DNA of 64,000 nt, taken from Schmidtea polychroa. Its lineage: Eukaryota. Each line of letters begins with the position of its first letter. Position 1 is the stretch's first letter. The notes under the pieces were generated by a model. That model searched no databases. It saw only the letters and a program-made list of their open reading frames with translations, and was not told the DNA's origin. Below, piece by piece: positions 1 through 15,897 of this stretch. Both the position numbers and the translations under genes were made by a program. The stretch is taken from NCBI GenBank assembly GCA_044892525.1, contig CM097885.1:52082001-52146000 (forward strand). Direction: 5' to 3'.

Positions 1-115
1 GTTTTTGTTGTATTCGGGAGGAATTTTTGGCGTCTTTGAAAAATGTTTTTAATAAGTACTAAAAAGATATATAGGAGCCAAAACCAGGCACTATTTTCTA
101 TGGTCTTATATAATA

Positions 116-375
116 CTAGGGGCTCTGCCCCTGTTCGCTTCGCTTCACCAACTCTGTTAGAACGTGGAGTTAATGTTAAAGTTAATATCCAGGGTATTCT
201 TGGACAGGAGTAAGATTCAGTTTATTAATATGTTTACATAACTATGATAAAAGATAATATCATAAACCGTTTCTAAGTAATATAGAACGATAAGTACAAA
301 AGAATAAATACATTATAAAAAAAAAGAGTAAAATTCGGATGTAGGGGACCCTTAGCTTTTTTATATATCGAGAGA
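116..375 (-). mobile_element. Non-autonomous Helitron
   Basis: On the minus strand it starts A|TCTCTCGATATATAAA and ends GCGAAGCGAACAGGGGCAGAGCCCCTAG|T: 5' TC, 3' CTAG overlapping a GC hairpin (GGGGC-AGA-GCCCC), inserted between A and T with no TSD. Confidence 0.8.
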
Positions 376-1844
376 TAATAAATAATTTTTAATAATTAAA
401 TTCTAATTTTTTTTCCTATTATAATTCAAATTCGTTGTTTTGAAAATGAAAATTCACTGCCAATATGAATTTCAATAAATTTCCAATTTCGTCAAAAATT
501 ATATTCATATAACTGGAGGTACCTATTCATTTAAAAAATAAAAGAAATAACTGAATTACAAAATATTAAACTAAAAAAAAATTCTTTTCCAAATACTTTT
601 TGTTAAAATTAAAGTTTTCATATTGTCGCGATAGTGTTTGTGTGCAGTTTACACTTCGAACACTCTATGACCCAGGCCTATATATCAGAGACCTGCACGG
701 GTTCGTGCAGGGCCGATATTTTGTTATTTCATTCAGGTTCGAGTCGGGCTCGGGCTTAATTTTAAAAATTAATCAAAAATATTTTCTTTATAAATTTTCA
801 ATATAATTTTATTTGAAATAAAATAAAATTTACTTTAGTAAATTTCCTTACTTAGCCAAAATGACAGCGTTTCTATACTTTGGACTTGAAAATCTAGTAT
901 AAAATTCTTGATAAATATGATTTCGTCTAATACGGTCTTTACTATTGAGCTAAATTATTTTACTAAACGCCGGATCGGGTCGGGTTAAAACCAGAAAAGA
1001 TTTGGTTACTGTATTATTTCTTAGCCCCGCATTATTAGGCATTGATCTTAATGTTAGAAAAATTTCCAAAAAGAACCAAAATCATCTGAGCATTTTATTT
1101 TAATTTACAAATATATAAGAATTTTAGCTCTTCATTATCTTTCCTTTTTCCCATATATTTATTAAGGAACAATTTCCATTTGAGAAATGAATTGTTCAAT
1201 ACGAATCGAAATCTGAGTCAATTAGAATTACAGAAAACAGGAAGTTGAATTGATTTTTGATCATTCAGTTTCAGAACGCTCTGGGGAATTCTAAATTGTA
1301 TTTACAAATCAAAATTAGGACATCTAATTTGCTGAAATTTATGAGGAATGTTTTTCTATAATTTCTGATGAAATAAATTTTTTTAATGAAATTTTTAAAT
1401 AATTTAAATAGAGTTATCTGAAAAATAGTTTGTTTGCGACAAAAATGAAAACTTGAAATTCAAATTAATAAAATTCACAAATAATAATAATAATTGTGAA
1501 GTGTTTTCAGCTGAGAATTAAATATTTCAATGTTTTATTAAAATAATTTTAAATGATAAATAATTGACTATTTAAAATAACTTTTAAAAACATTTTAAAA
1601 TTGAATTTTTTAAATTGAAATTCTAAAATTTTTAAATTAAAAAAGCTTTTTAATAGTAAATCATTTTTAAATAAATATATTTTAAATATCGAAATTTTAG
1701 TAAATGGTTTTTGAAATATTTTATTCAACGCTGAAATTTTGTTTGGAAATTATACAATATTTCATTAAATAAATACATTGAATTATGACGTTAACTTCTG
1801 AACCGGATTTAAAAAATAATTTAGAAGATGTATTAGCAGCTTCT

Positions 1845-1866
1845 AATAATAATAATAATAATAATG

Positions 1867-1960
<94 letters not shown>
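1845..1960. repeat. (AAT)n microsatellite
   Basis: Direct reading. Similar tracts occur near 2190, 5823, 11306, 12002, 13313, 13736, 26663, 45728, 46965, 48449, 49453, 54080, 54750 and 55333. Confidence 0.95.
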
Positions 1961-1962
<2 letters not shown>

Positions 1963-2190
1963 TAAACAGTACAAGCTTTGTGATACCCAGTGCAAATCCC
2001 AATAGTAGACTAGTTTCGAGATTTTGGCTCTCATCAGTACTATGCAGGAGACACGAAGATTTCTTTTCGCGCCAGGTAAGTATACAATGTTGTTTATTCA
2101 ACTCTATTGCATACTTTCCCCGGTACACTGGAAATCACATCGCTTGCAAAATAGCTTGGTCACAGAAAAAATCTGTAAACTTGTAAACAT
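1961..2190 (-). mobile_element. Penelope-like element pLTR fragment (family C) inserted in (AAT)n
   Basis: Higher-GC island flanked on both sides by (AAT)n and carrying a minimal hammerhead. Its edge sequence ATAAACAGTACAAGCTTT recurs at ~28181. Confidence 0.6.
2002..2043 (-). ncRNA. Minimal type I hammerhead ribozyme (PLE-type)
   Basis: Minus strand ATAGTA-CTGATGA-GAG-CCAAAAT-CTC-GAAA-CTAG-TC-TACTAT: intact core, 6-bp stem I, 3-bp stem II, palindromic CTAG in place of stem III. Confidence 0.9.
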
Positions 2191-2191
2191 A

Positions 2192-2246
<55 letters not shown>

Positions 2247-5200
2247 CCATAAATTAAATGTTAAATAATTAATAAATAACAAGATAATTCTTTGTTATAA
2301 GTACTATTAATTTTAAATCATGAAATAATCCATACAAAACCACTTCAAAACTTATCAAAAATACTCAATGTATGTTGCTACTTTATTTAAAATTTATTCT
2401 CTCCATTTTAATTGGTTATAAATCACATTTAAATAATACATGAAATTGAAAATTAAACTCAAAATTCACATTTCTTCTAAGTTTTCAAAAAAAAATTTGA
2501 ATTTTTTTAAAAATCTATTTTAAACCTCAGAATTCAATATTTTAATTTTAATTCCTTGGCATTATCTTACTTTTGATTAAAAAATTAAAATATTTCAACA
2601 AAGTCAAAAATCATTCAGGTTTTCCATTTAATAAACCTTAATTGTTTGATGTTCGTTTTTGATATCTTTTATCATTGCTCCTTAGTATAATTTCAAATGG
2701 TATATTTTTCAGACTGTTATTATTCAGAAACATATTAAAAACTGATCATTTTAACCAAAATCATCGTTCAAATCAAGTACATTGAAATTTATGTAAAAAT
2801 TCACCTTTTAAAATTAATGTCGTGTTTTTAACCATTGAAATTTTTTGCTCATTGAAATTATTGGCCAAATTTGGCTATTCTGAGAATTAAAAATTTTATT
2901 CAAAAATCTAATATATCAAACAAAATAACAGGAAAATTATTTTCTTTACGAAAGAAGGCGATCCAGTTATGTTAGTGTGATTTCTTCTCTTTTGTCTTTT
3001 CGGGAAATTCTTTTTAATTAGCTGTGTTCTCATTTAAGATTAAAAAATTTCGTTTGTTAGACTGTTGAGATGTTTGTTTTAATAAAATTTAATGGAAAAC
3101 AGAAAATTTGTTTGTATCCGTCAGTAAGCTCTTTCAATTTCTTTTATTTCTAATTTTTATTTCTAATTTATATTTGATATTAAAGCTTTATGTCCTTCAA
3201 TTTCACAGCAGATTTCAAAGTTTACAATAGAAATTCTAAGATCTCTTGATACTTTTAAAATCTTTGAATCTCTAAATGAGTACTTAAAGTCAATTGTTTT
3301 TCTTACATTCGTTTACTATGATTGATTAATAGAATGAATTTTGAAATATTTTTAATAATCTGCATAACTTAGAACTAGAAAAATATGATTCCAAACATTG
3401 GCCCAAAAAGATATTTATTTATATAAGTAATTTACACAGAGTTCAAAGGTTTTGTGAAGCAGTTAATAAAATCTTACAAACCTTACAAATACAGTAATGA
3501 CAAGATAATTTTTTTATTAGTATTTAGTTTTAATTAGATCATTCAGCTATTTTCTTTTATATACAGCAATGGTTCTTAACATTTTTAGTGATTGGCCACC
3601 TCTTGAATCTAAAATAGTAAAAATGGCTACAATGATACTTTAACCAGATAGATAAAGTAGAGAGTATAGATCTCAAAAGTATAGAAATTTTTCACGCACG
3701 CCAGAAATACCCCTTAACGTACGTATACGTGTCAGACACGAGTGCATCAAACTGACAAATTTGTACACCCTCGACTGGGACACGAGTAACCATTATATTT
3801 GCGAGCAATTTTATTCTTTGATCTAATTTGTGCTTCATTTTTATCATAATAGTTTAGTAAGAGAATTTAGTATATAACAATATATGCATAATATAATTCA
3901 TTTAATTTTTTTAATTACTTTCATCATAATTGATTTATAAGAAATTATTTAATTTATAAAAGTGAATTTTATTTAGTTCACCAGACATTTTAAGTATATA
4001 AAATTAAAAATCTTGACTATGAATCAGTAAATATATCGATGTTTTTGATATTCACAGAAGATTTCAAAGTTTACAGTAGAAATTTTAGGATCTTTTGATA
4101 CTTTTTAAAATCTTTAAATCTCTAAATGAGTACTTAAAGTCAGTTGTTTTTCTTACATTCGTTTACTATGTCTGATTGATTGTATGAATTTTGAAATATT
4201 TTTAACAAACTGCATAACTTAGAACTAGGAAAAATCTGATTCCAAACATGCGCCTATTTCACTTGGATCAAATTCACTTGATAAAGGAAGTGCCGAAAAT
4301 TCGTGAATATCAAAAACATTGATATATTTACTGATTCATAGTCAAGATTTTTAATAAATTCAATGTCAATGGAAAAGAAATCAGTGGTGAAATTTGACAA
4401 AAAAGTTCTTATAATATATAGAAACAAATAATAAACATATATTTAAAAAAATACAATTTATTAATTCACCCCATCATTCCTGGTAACATACACTTCCTAC
4501 GCCATTGAAAATATTTTTTTCAATTTAATTAAGTATAAATCCTAAGTTTTTACTGAAAAATTCGATTATTTTATTGATAAAAAACTCAAAATAAACATTA
4601 AGCGGTTAAAATCTACTGATTATATAATAGGATAGATTTTATTAATTTCAATTAAATATTAATTAATAACTATGACTATTAGGTTTCTAGTGTCATCGTT
4701 TATTGAAAAAAAGTTTCATTTATTTTCATATTAATTAATTAATGTTAAAACATTATAAAATTCCTTAAAACAGTCATTACGAATAATCAACATCCCATTC
4801 ATTAATACACTTTTTACAGTTGCTACTCTTTTTTGTACGTCAATCCAAGTATCAAAAGTTTACAAACAATATAAAACCTTATTTCACCCTAACAAAATGT
4901 ATTTAAATATAAACATATTTGTTTTGTAAATAAATAAAAACTAATTTAAAAGCACAATTCATTCAAACAAATTATAATGATAATTAAAAACTTCAATTTT
5001 CTATATTTTTAACTGAAAATCTTTTTTTATTTATACCCTTATAAAACGGTTTATATTTTTGATTTCTAATAATATTGGAAAAATTATTTTTTTATATGCT
5101 ACAGATCTTTTATGAAACCCAATACTAATTAAAACAACATTCAATAAACTGCAAACACCAACCAACGCAAACTAATTTATTAAAACCGGTGTAAAATTTT

Positions 5201-5440
5201 ACACTAATTGAAATATTAATTTTTCATAAAAGCAAAATTTTTCAAATCAAAACTAACTTCCTCTTATTAAAAAAAAATTAATTAAATAATTAACTTTACT
5301 AATTACAAAATTTATTTTTGAATAGAGAACATAATAACGAATTCGATTTTTATTTCTCTTCTTGTTAAACTTCAAACCAAGTTCTTGTTGAAAATTTTTT
5401 ATTTTTTATTTTCAATATTTGCCATTTTAATAAATGATGG

Positions 5441-5766
5441 TTAAACAAATGAAGTGGAAACGGGAGTTTGAGCAGATTTGTAGTCAAATGGATGATAAAA
5501 TACTTTATCACACACTGCTGAGTTAGATACATTGTAAATGTCGTCTGGTAGATGTTGATGGGATTTAGGCATCGTCCAAGCTGCAGGAATGTGATTATTC
5601 GGAGCTGATCGGTGAAGAGTTGGAGAAAATTGTGTTCTTGACATTGAATTTATTAAATCACTTTTTTGATGATGGCATATAGAGGGAAGATTACTAGAGC
5701 TGTGAAAAGGTAATTTCTCGTCTATTTTAGATTGCATGTTAACCATACAAAACGGCAATTTTTCAT
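5441..5766 (-). CDS. Terminal coding exon of L1CAM/neuroglian-like gene (cytoplasmic tail ending PVSTSFV*)
   Basis: Acceptor aaaattcag, then phase-1 AT GAA AAA TTG CCG, open to TAA. The C-terminal S-F-V is a class I PDZ-binding motif, as in NrCAM (...NSFV). Phase fits the 13969-14063 exon. Confidence 0.65.
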
Positions 5767-5820
5767 CTGAATTTTAAAGATAATAAATATTTTTTATTAT
5801 ATTTAGTCATTTTTAATAAA

Positions 5821-5930
<110 letters not shown>

Positions 5931-6589
5931 GTAGTAGTAGTAGTAGTAGTAGTAGTATTTGATTATTGTTATCATTATTAATATTTTTTACAAATTGTTT
6001 TTAGAATTTACATGTTTCTAATTACTCAAAACAAAACCCTATTACTTAATTCTGGAGCAAACAATATTAAATGATACAACACAAATATAATATTTCCAAT
6101 AATTGTGACATTTTTTGTTTAAATTTATATTAAATTTCAATTATGATTATAATTAATAAAATAGAAATTTATAAATTATAAATCAAGTAATTCGCAAAAT
6201 AGTAATGAAATAACTGAAGTAACAATTGTAAAGATAAAAACAATTAAAGAAAAACAGAAGTTGCTTGATCTGAAAGTATTGTTGTAAAATGTATTTAAAA
6301 TATTATTATATATTCGTATGTTTGAGGTATATTGAAATTGAATTGCTCGAAATATTATTTATAATTAGTTAAATTCTCCACGTATGTCATATTAAAAAAA
6401 TTGTTTTTGTTTTAATCATATATTTTGAAAAAGACTTATAAAGTAAAATCTTCTTCTAATATGGCCACCACACCAATACTGCAATTTATTTGACCTCCTG
6501 AAACATTTGAAGCTGGTGATGACGAGGAAAAATTTACAGATGAAACAGATAAATTATCTGAACTTACCCAAACATCAGAAGATCACAGA

Positions 6590-7270
6590 GGACTATTTAT
6601 CAAAGTGTTTTATCAATGGAAGCATAGCAGCAGGTAGGAATCAAACCAAATATTGTGGACAAATGAATGTGAAACTGCATTTCAAGGTATGAAAGAACAT
6701 GTGATAAAAGTACCAACATTGGTTTTTCCAAATTTTAAAGAGGAATTTATACTTGATACAAATGCAAGCTTTGACAATTTTAAAGCTAAATTCTAAATTC
6801 TAATAGAAATGAAAGAGTAGTTGCTTATGGATCACATGCGATGAACGCACTTGAGCTTAGTTATTGAATCACTAGAAAAGAACTGTTTGCTATTTACTAT
6901 TTTCTGCTATATTTTAAACACTATGTATAAGGAAAGCGCTTTCAATTGCAAACAGATCATAAGGCAATCACATTTATACTAAAAATCAAAAAGTCAATTA
7001 CACCACAATTTCAGACGTGGATTAATCCTCTCAGTAGTCTAGATATGAAATTAGGATACCAGAAAGGTGAATAACATAGTAATTATACAATGTCAGGCGA
7101 TACATGAAGAACTACAAAAAGGACAGATAGAAAATAACATTATAGAAATTAACGCATCAGAGAAAAGACATGAAAAGGAGAAGTAACTAAGTTTCAACTT
7201 TATAATAATGTTGTAAAAACAAACAAAAATAAAATATGGATACCAAAGGAAAAGATAAGACAATTTAATA
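6590..7270 (+). pseudogene. Degenerate Ty3/Gypsy pol fragment (RT connection, RNase H)
   Basis: Translates in pieces to ILWTNECETAFQGMKEHVIKVPTLVFPNFKEEFILDTNASFD...VVAYGSHAMN...ITRKELFAIYY...TDHKAITF, paralogous to 22270-22700, with stops and frameshifts. Confidence 0.85.
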
Positions 7271-9744
7271 AAATCTTCTAATAATTGTTATTGCTGAAAT
7301 TAAAAATTTCATGTAGATTAATTACATAATATTATTTTCCATACAATTCTGACGGATAATAATATAAATTCTCAATTAATTGTAAAAAATTAACAAATAA
7401 GAAATATCAATTATGAATAATAAATAAAATATTTGCAAATTTATTTCAAAGAAATAATTATCAATTCAAGAGGAAATAATGCGTTATCTTTATTAAGTTT
7501 GAAGCAGTATGTAAATAAATTTAAACGCAATATTTTTTATACTTTTTAGTTAAAATTAGTAAATTAAATTTTCATTATTTACAATAAATACTGTGTTGCT
7601 TATGATATAATCCAAACCAAACTATTATATATTGAAATGATAAGGCTTTTCCGTAAATCGAGTAATATGTATTTGACATAAAGTAATAATTGCTGGTTTT
7701 ACATAATTTCCAAATCGAATCTACTAGTAGCAAACAATTTTTATTTGATTTTCAGATGATATTCTTTTTGGTTTTATATAAACTATCAATATACAAGCGT
7801 ACTAATAACTTAAAAGTAAGTTCAATTTTTATAATTTTAACGAGTTCAAATAAATCCAAATGTATTATTCTCATGAATCTGACTGTACACTACTAACAAA
7901 TGTGTGTGTGTGTGTTACTTGCATTAAGCAGTGTATATATTTTTCGGCCTGGAATAGATTTAAATTGGAAATGGTATAGTACAAGATATTTATATGATTA
8001 ACATCAGAAAGTTCGAACAATATTGGTAATACCCGTATTGTATTGTCGTTTTACATCATACTGAATTTTATTCCTTTAAAGTATGTGTAAAATAAATTCT
8101 AAGTTTGTATACAATATTTTGTCGATTTACTACATACCTCATACAATTTATAAAACCTCAAATCGTATATCACTTAATACTTATTCCAAACAGTTAAATG
8201 TTGAATTATAAAAACATAAATTGATAAAATAATGTATTTAAGAGTTAAATTAATATTTAATAATAATTAAGACATTTATTATTATGAATTTTAATGTTAT
8301 CGTTTTTAGTATTATACATTAACCATTTTAGTATTATACATCAATTTTTAATTTATTTAACTTTTTTAAATCTGAATTTTAAGCTAATTTTAAAATTTTA
8401 ATATTTTACAACAAAATCAGTCACGAAGTAATTTCCAACTTTATTGAAAAGTATTAATTTTTTTCTTTATTTAATGTTAAATGTTGGTCTTGTCTATGCC
8501 ATTAATTAAACCACGGATATAACTAATAAATTATATCCGTAATATATAAGTATAAGTAATTATTTTTGGACAAGAAATTATGTTAATATTGTTAGTATTG
8601 GGCGTATAATTAATTAATTAATTTAACTTTCACTATGACTTCATGTATTACTTTAACCCTTCAAAACGATTTTTTAAAATTCATGAAAATTATTTCTCGC
8701 ATAAGCTTTATTGTCAACTGAGTATGACAAAAATCTTTTAAAAAATTAAAAAATTAAAAATCCTAGTACTTTTGTAAATGTTAAGCATTTAATAAATTTT
8801 TAGTATATATCTAAACTTCTCTGGGACGATATGCTCCTACAGGATTGAAAGGTTTTAGATTCAAAACACAATCTAACAAATGATAAAGTTTATCTTCTTT
8901 ATAACAAAACACATTATTTACAACACAATATCTTGAATACAATTAATTGATCAATTAGTACACCAAAGATAAAGTTTTCAATTTGATAACGGCTGACGCT
9001 TTAAAGGGGTTTTAAATAATTTTATTTCGACTTCAGGTTTGGCATTCAATGTTATGGCTAACTCCAATTTTCCAAATTGATGATTTCTTACAATTTTTTT
9101 CCAATATAATAATTCTTACAAATGTTATAAAATAAAAACTCTCTTTTTTCAAAGGTTAATAATTCTCTCCCCTTTAAAAGTTCAGCTTTCCTTTTATATT
9201 TGTTTCGGCCACTAATACCCTTCATTCTGAGAAACGTATCGGCAGTCTCTTAATTACTGAACAAATTATCTAATAATATATTACCTCTCAAATGTAACCC
9301 ACAGGCCGTATTTGTGCCTATCAAATCGGGAAATTTTGTTTTCCAATAAGATGATTTTTGATGTCAACAATATTAAAATTAAATAATTAGTTTTCAATTT
9401 GTAATACCGTTATCTAAAGACCTCTATCGATTATTAATTATTATATTCGTCTTGAACCTTTTATTTGTAACCCGCCTTCCAGAAAATATTGATTTTGATT
9501 TTTACATTTTTATCTAACCCAATACTAATTATTACTAATATTACATGTTATCGTTTTGCATATAAAAATTAAGTTAAATTAATTTAATTAATTAATTTTA
9601 AATAAAAGAAGTTAGCAATTTTCTAAAATAATTATTACTAATTTCCACAATAAAATGTCTACGTTCATTTATTTATTACTTACATTGAGTAAAATTATAA
9701 ATCAATTTAACAAAATTAATACTATATTTATTTAAACAAGCAAT

Positions 9745-10260
9745 GATTCTTTTCACGATATATTTCGACAGTTTTCATGTCTTCATCAGGTGGGATATAA
9801 TAACTATATAAATTAAGGATTTTAAACAAATTTATTTATTTAAAAAAAAATTTTATTATTTAATAAAAATATTTAATTTTTTAAAAATCATAATTAAAAT
9901 TATATAATATTTTTAAAAAATTTTTTTATTAATTAATTAATTTCACAAACAGCGATCAATATATAAAATATACAAAAAATTATTTAAAAAAATTTAAAAC
10001 ACAAGCATTCACTGCATTCTGCACATTAATTTTTGGATTCAATGACTTTATCATTATCGCCTCACAAAACCTTTTGTATTTGCTACTTCAAAAATCAATT
10101 TTCTTTTCAATAATGAATGGTATCAACAAATAGATGGAGTTGCTATGGATTCTCCTTTAGCACCAACGATGGCTTCAAATTTTTTAGCAAGCTTAGAAAA
10201 GGAAATTGCATCTTTACAATGTATGAAGCCCACTGTTTATAAACGGAATGTGGATAATAT
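9745..10260. mobile_element. Penelope-like fragment (family A): pLTR and GIY-YIG tail on minus, joined to an inverted RT piece on plus
   Basis: 9745-10070 matches 18620-18990. 10075-10260 on plus reads FATSKINFLFNNEWYQQIDGVAMDSPLAPTMASNFLASLEKEI..., matching the RT at 36740-36920. Confidence 0.8.
9754..9792 (-). ncRNA. Minimal hammerhead ribozyme (PLE family A)
   Basis: CAC-CTGATGA-A-GACA-TGAAAAC-TGTC-GAAA-TATA-TC-GTG. Confidence 0.8.
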
Positions 10261-11305
10261 GACGTCATTGTGAAGGTGTTGTGACACACATCTTCATGTC
10301 TGCTATGAATGTACCCCGGATCATGTGGTCGCCTTCGGAACAATAGCTATTGGTATATATGTAGCTGTCCTACAAATAGGACACTGGTAAATAAAGGGTT
10401 AACACAAGCAACTTGGTCATATTATATAATTCTTTTTAATATCTATCCTAAACTTGGTCTGCAATCCATTTCGTCATATTTAATTATACATTTTTCATTT
10501 CTAGCTTTTCCATAATCAGTTAGAGCCTCCTTTAATGTCCTATCATTAACAATCTCGATATCAATGTCATTCTAATTATTTTCTCTCAAGGATTCGTTAT
10601 CACAATAAATTATTTTTCCATTTACTATATTATTTCCGCTTTTCCTATTTTCCAAGAATTTTCTTTTACCCCTTCTCTTTTTGTAGTGCTCCTCGTTTCT
10701 TTTCTTTTCATTACATTTTCATATATATTATCCCTGCAATTATTTATCTTTAAATTACTTTTATTATTATTTACAAAATTACTACTTTTACATGTTACTT
10801 TTATTACAAAAATTACTTTTATCGTACCTTACCTCTTTTTCAGTTTTACTACTTTTATATTTATAATTAGAAATATTATTATATACATTACTATAATTAT
10901 TAAATGAACGTGAAAAAGTATTTGTTTAATTAAGCAGTATTTTTGTAGAAAATAAATTACGATCCAAATGAAACTCGATTATTTAAAAAATATAATATTG
11001 TGATTAACCAATTAATGCGCTTTCGATTAATAAAATTAACAAATTAATCAATTTTGGATGCCTCATAGACATCTATTTTATTATCTAATTAAATGATCTA
11101 ATAAATTTAGAACTTTAAAAATTCTGGAACTTTATTTGGAAAATAAGTTAAAGTCGAATATTCTGAATTCACTATATTTTGTTTTAATCTCACGAAGAAA
11201 AATAATATTGCACAATCAGCTTTCAATTTGTACTTCGTTTCCGGGGCTTATCGTCTGGCAAATGATAAATGTCAATGATAATTCTTGAGTACATAACAAA
11301 CATGC

Positions 11306-11398
<93 letters not shown>

Positions 11399-12001
11399 CA
11401 TCATCATCATCATCATCATAATTTCTAATGGACTATATATTTAAAATTAACAATTTAATATAATAATAATTCTTAAGACATATTTCATTTATTTATATTT
11501 AGCAAAATGTTATTTTTAATAGATTTAGCAGGCGGCCTTATGTTTAAATTGTGACGCCAAATACTGATTAATCTAATCACAACATAGATATCTGAGAATT
11601 ATTTAGTTGATTTTGTGCTGATTTTTCTTTTTCTACGGTGAAATTATAAATAGTGGACATGTAATAATTTTTATTATTTATGTTACAATTGTCAAAAATA
11701 TTCAGATATTTTAAAAGCACTTCATATCCAACAATTAACTTCACCAACGAATGAATCAAACAAATTCTAACATCAATCATTGTGTTCAGAAACTCTAATG
11801 AAAATAAATAGATTTCGATAAACATTCTACTTAAAAAATACTTTATAAATTTTGATTGATAGCAAATATTTTATTTCGTTCATTTGAAAATCATTAAATG
11901 TATTAGTTTAATAATTATTAAAAAAATAAAACTTATTATATAATATTTGTAACAAATAACAATTTTCTAAATGAAAAATTTGACAAATCTCATGAATAGA
12001 A

Positions 12002-13403
<1,402 letters not shown>

Positions 13404-13684
13404 TTTATTGTTATTATTATTTTTAATATGGTTTTTGAATTAATGATTGTTATAATTATTATTTTTGTAATTAAAAACAAATAACTAATATCTGATTCTA
13501 TATTATTTAGAGTTTCTACAGAGTTGAGAAATTGTATAATATTACAAGTTAATAGATTTATGAGCATGTTAAAAGACACTATAGACAGAGATAAGTATTT
13601 CCTGAAATACACAAATAATTACATGCTTTGATGGCAAAATTTCCATTACAATAATGATTTAAATAAAAATACAAAATATTATAT

Positions 13685-13803
<119 letters not shown>

Positions 13804-13968
13804 TTAAACTTTTAGATAAAATTAACTAGGTGAAGTTCATATAAAGTTTCATAACAAAAATATTTTACAATAAATCTCTGTTTAAACACTTAAAACTGTA
13901 AAGATTCTATAAATTTATTTATTAAATATCGATTTTTATTTTTGGGAAAAAGGGGAAATCTTACTCAC

Positions 13969-14063
13969 CAAAATAATCGTTCTCAATGGTTTGCTTGTTG
14001 AAATTGATCTGGTGGTTTTCTGAAACTGGAGATTGATAAGTGACGAATGAGGTGTATCGATCT
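13969..14063 (-). CDS. Internal coding exon of L1CAM/neuroglian-like gene (cytoplasmic region)
   Basis: tttctag|A GAT CGA TAC...TAT TTT G|gtgagt; 95 nt, open, phase 2 to 1 (RDRYTSFVTYQSPVSENHQINFNKQTIENDYF), joins 5766 in frame. Confidence 0.6.
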
Positions 14064-14879
14064 CTAGAAAGTTTATTCATAAATCATTTAACTAATCATT
14101 TAAACAATATTTTTCATGGTGATAATTTAATTATATTTTGTTTTAATCTATAAAATACATTTTAACTAATTTCAATTTTATTTAATATACGACATAAAAC
14201 CGCTGGTGCTGTATTATCATTTCTAGTTATCTGAGCACATGAGCACTAAGAAATGAGACAATTTTAGCTGGCGTTTATATTTCTCAGTTTCGTCAAATTG
14301 TTTTAACTTTCATAAAGTGCAGTAATAGACAAAGTTTTTTGCATGAAAAATGGTAAAATTTTAACTATATGTTTACAGAGATGTCAATTAATTCTGATCT
14401 TAAAAGATTTAAACAATACATACTAATCTGCCAATTATAATTATTATTGAAAAATCCATAAAAATTGATTTATTACATGTATTTTTATTAGTTATTACAT
14501 AACATAAAATGTTGCAAATTTATTTAAATAAATAAAATTACGATAATAACCTGATATAAATATACATCAAGTAACATTAACTAACGATTTTGTAAATAAA
14601 TATAATTTGTTATCCAACATTTTTATTTAGTTCATAAACAATAAAATACTTTATTTTAAAATAATAATTAATAAGTTATAATAATAATACTAAAAAATAT
14701 ATGTTATTGCTTAAATTATAAAACACATAATATACATTAACAAATTAATAGAAATGATTTTAAAAAATTATAGAAAAACTTATATTTATAGACAACAAAA
14801 GTGATTATTATTATTATTATTATTACTTAAAACAATAAAATGATAATTTAAGCCTTTTGCTGCAAATAATGTATTTAAT

Positions 14880-14918
14880 GAAAGAATTTTCGACTATACG
14901 ATAGTCCTTGTCAATCTC
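14880..14918 (-). ncRNA. Variant minimal hammerhead (U3-A8 core), PLE family B
   Basis: Reverse complement of the 15898-15936 motif. Confidence 0.6.
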
Positions 14919-15315
14919 CTGGAATTTAGCAATGTTCTTCCCCAAAATACCTTTCAATCTTTCTTTGATTTCCTTTCTCTTAATTCTCATTGGTTGTAAA
15001 TATAATGAATTGTTTTACTAAAAACTTTTAAAATTTTTTACATTTAAAATTTCAAAATGACACAAACTAAAAATTTTTAAATTTTTTTACAGCTTCTATA
15101 ATTAGCTTCTAGAAGCCTAATAAAATATTTGAAAATATTTTAAATAAAGCCTCCAATAACTACTTATATATGCTATTTAAATATTTCAATAAATGTGTCA
15201 ATTTTGATTTTCAAACCCTATTTTTTAAAATTTTTTTTATATTATTCTAATTATTACTTTTTAATTTATTCTATTTTTTTTTAATTTCTTTATATATTGT
15301 CAGTTATTCTCAAAG

Positions 15316-15711
15316 TCAATGACAACAGATCAAATTCATGATTTCATTGATTTCTTCTTTAGTGTTGATCTTTGGCTGTCTGTTTATGATGAGAATTGCT
15401 TCTTTGATTCTGACATTTTTCTTTTGGATGTTTCCATTAGCTATGATTTCTATTGAAATATTTTTTCTTTCTTCTGTTGGCTGACACTGCCGGAGATGTC
15501 TGCCCAACGAGGATGTTCCACCAGGATCTAGATGTTCTTTAACTCTTTGGTGCAATGTCCTGAGGGTACTTCCAATGTAGATTTCATTGCATACATTGCA
15601 CGTGATGCAATAGACGATGTTTTTTCTAAAGCACATATCTTTCGGTGTCTGGCAGTTTTTCATTGTGCAATTGTTTTCTCTATTTATGTTGCCTGCCAGA
15701 GCCCTTCTCAA
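15316..15711 (-). pseudogene. GIY-YIG endonuclease C-terminal part of Penelope-like ORF
   Basis: NIVYCITCNVCNEIYIGSTLRTLHQRVKEH...RIKEAILI...PKIN; the RT part is missing. Confidence 0.88.
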
Positions 15712-15897
15712 TGTCCAAGATTTATGTGCTATCCGAATTGGAAGACCGGTACGTTTAAGTTCTAAATTTTAAATGTAAAAAATTTTAAAAGTTTTTAGTA
15801 AAACAATTCATTATATTTACAACCAATGAGAATTAAGAGAAAGGAAATCAAAGAAAGATTGAAAGGTATTTTGGGGAAGAACATTGCTAAATTCCAG

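Noticed and set aside
1721..2257. ORFs with poly-N/poly-L/poly-Y/poly-I runs (also at 11216, 11971, 13280, 45647, 46829, 48344, 48360, 49367, 54246)
   Set aside because: They are translations of (AAT)n microsatellites, not genes.
3170..4352. ~230-bp direct duplication (3190-3400 vs 4052-4250) and 49-bp inverted repeat (4007-4055 vs 4302-4350)
   Set aside because: Looks like rearranged pieces of an unclassified dispersed repeat (related bits near 47040 and 51540); no termini or function can be assigned.
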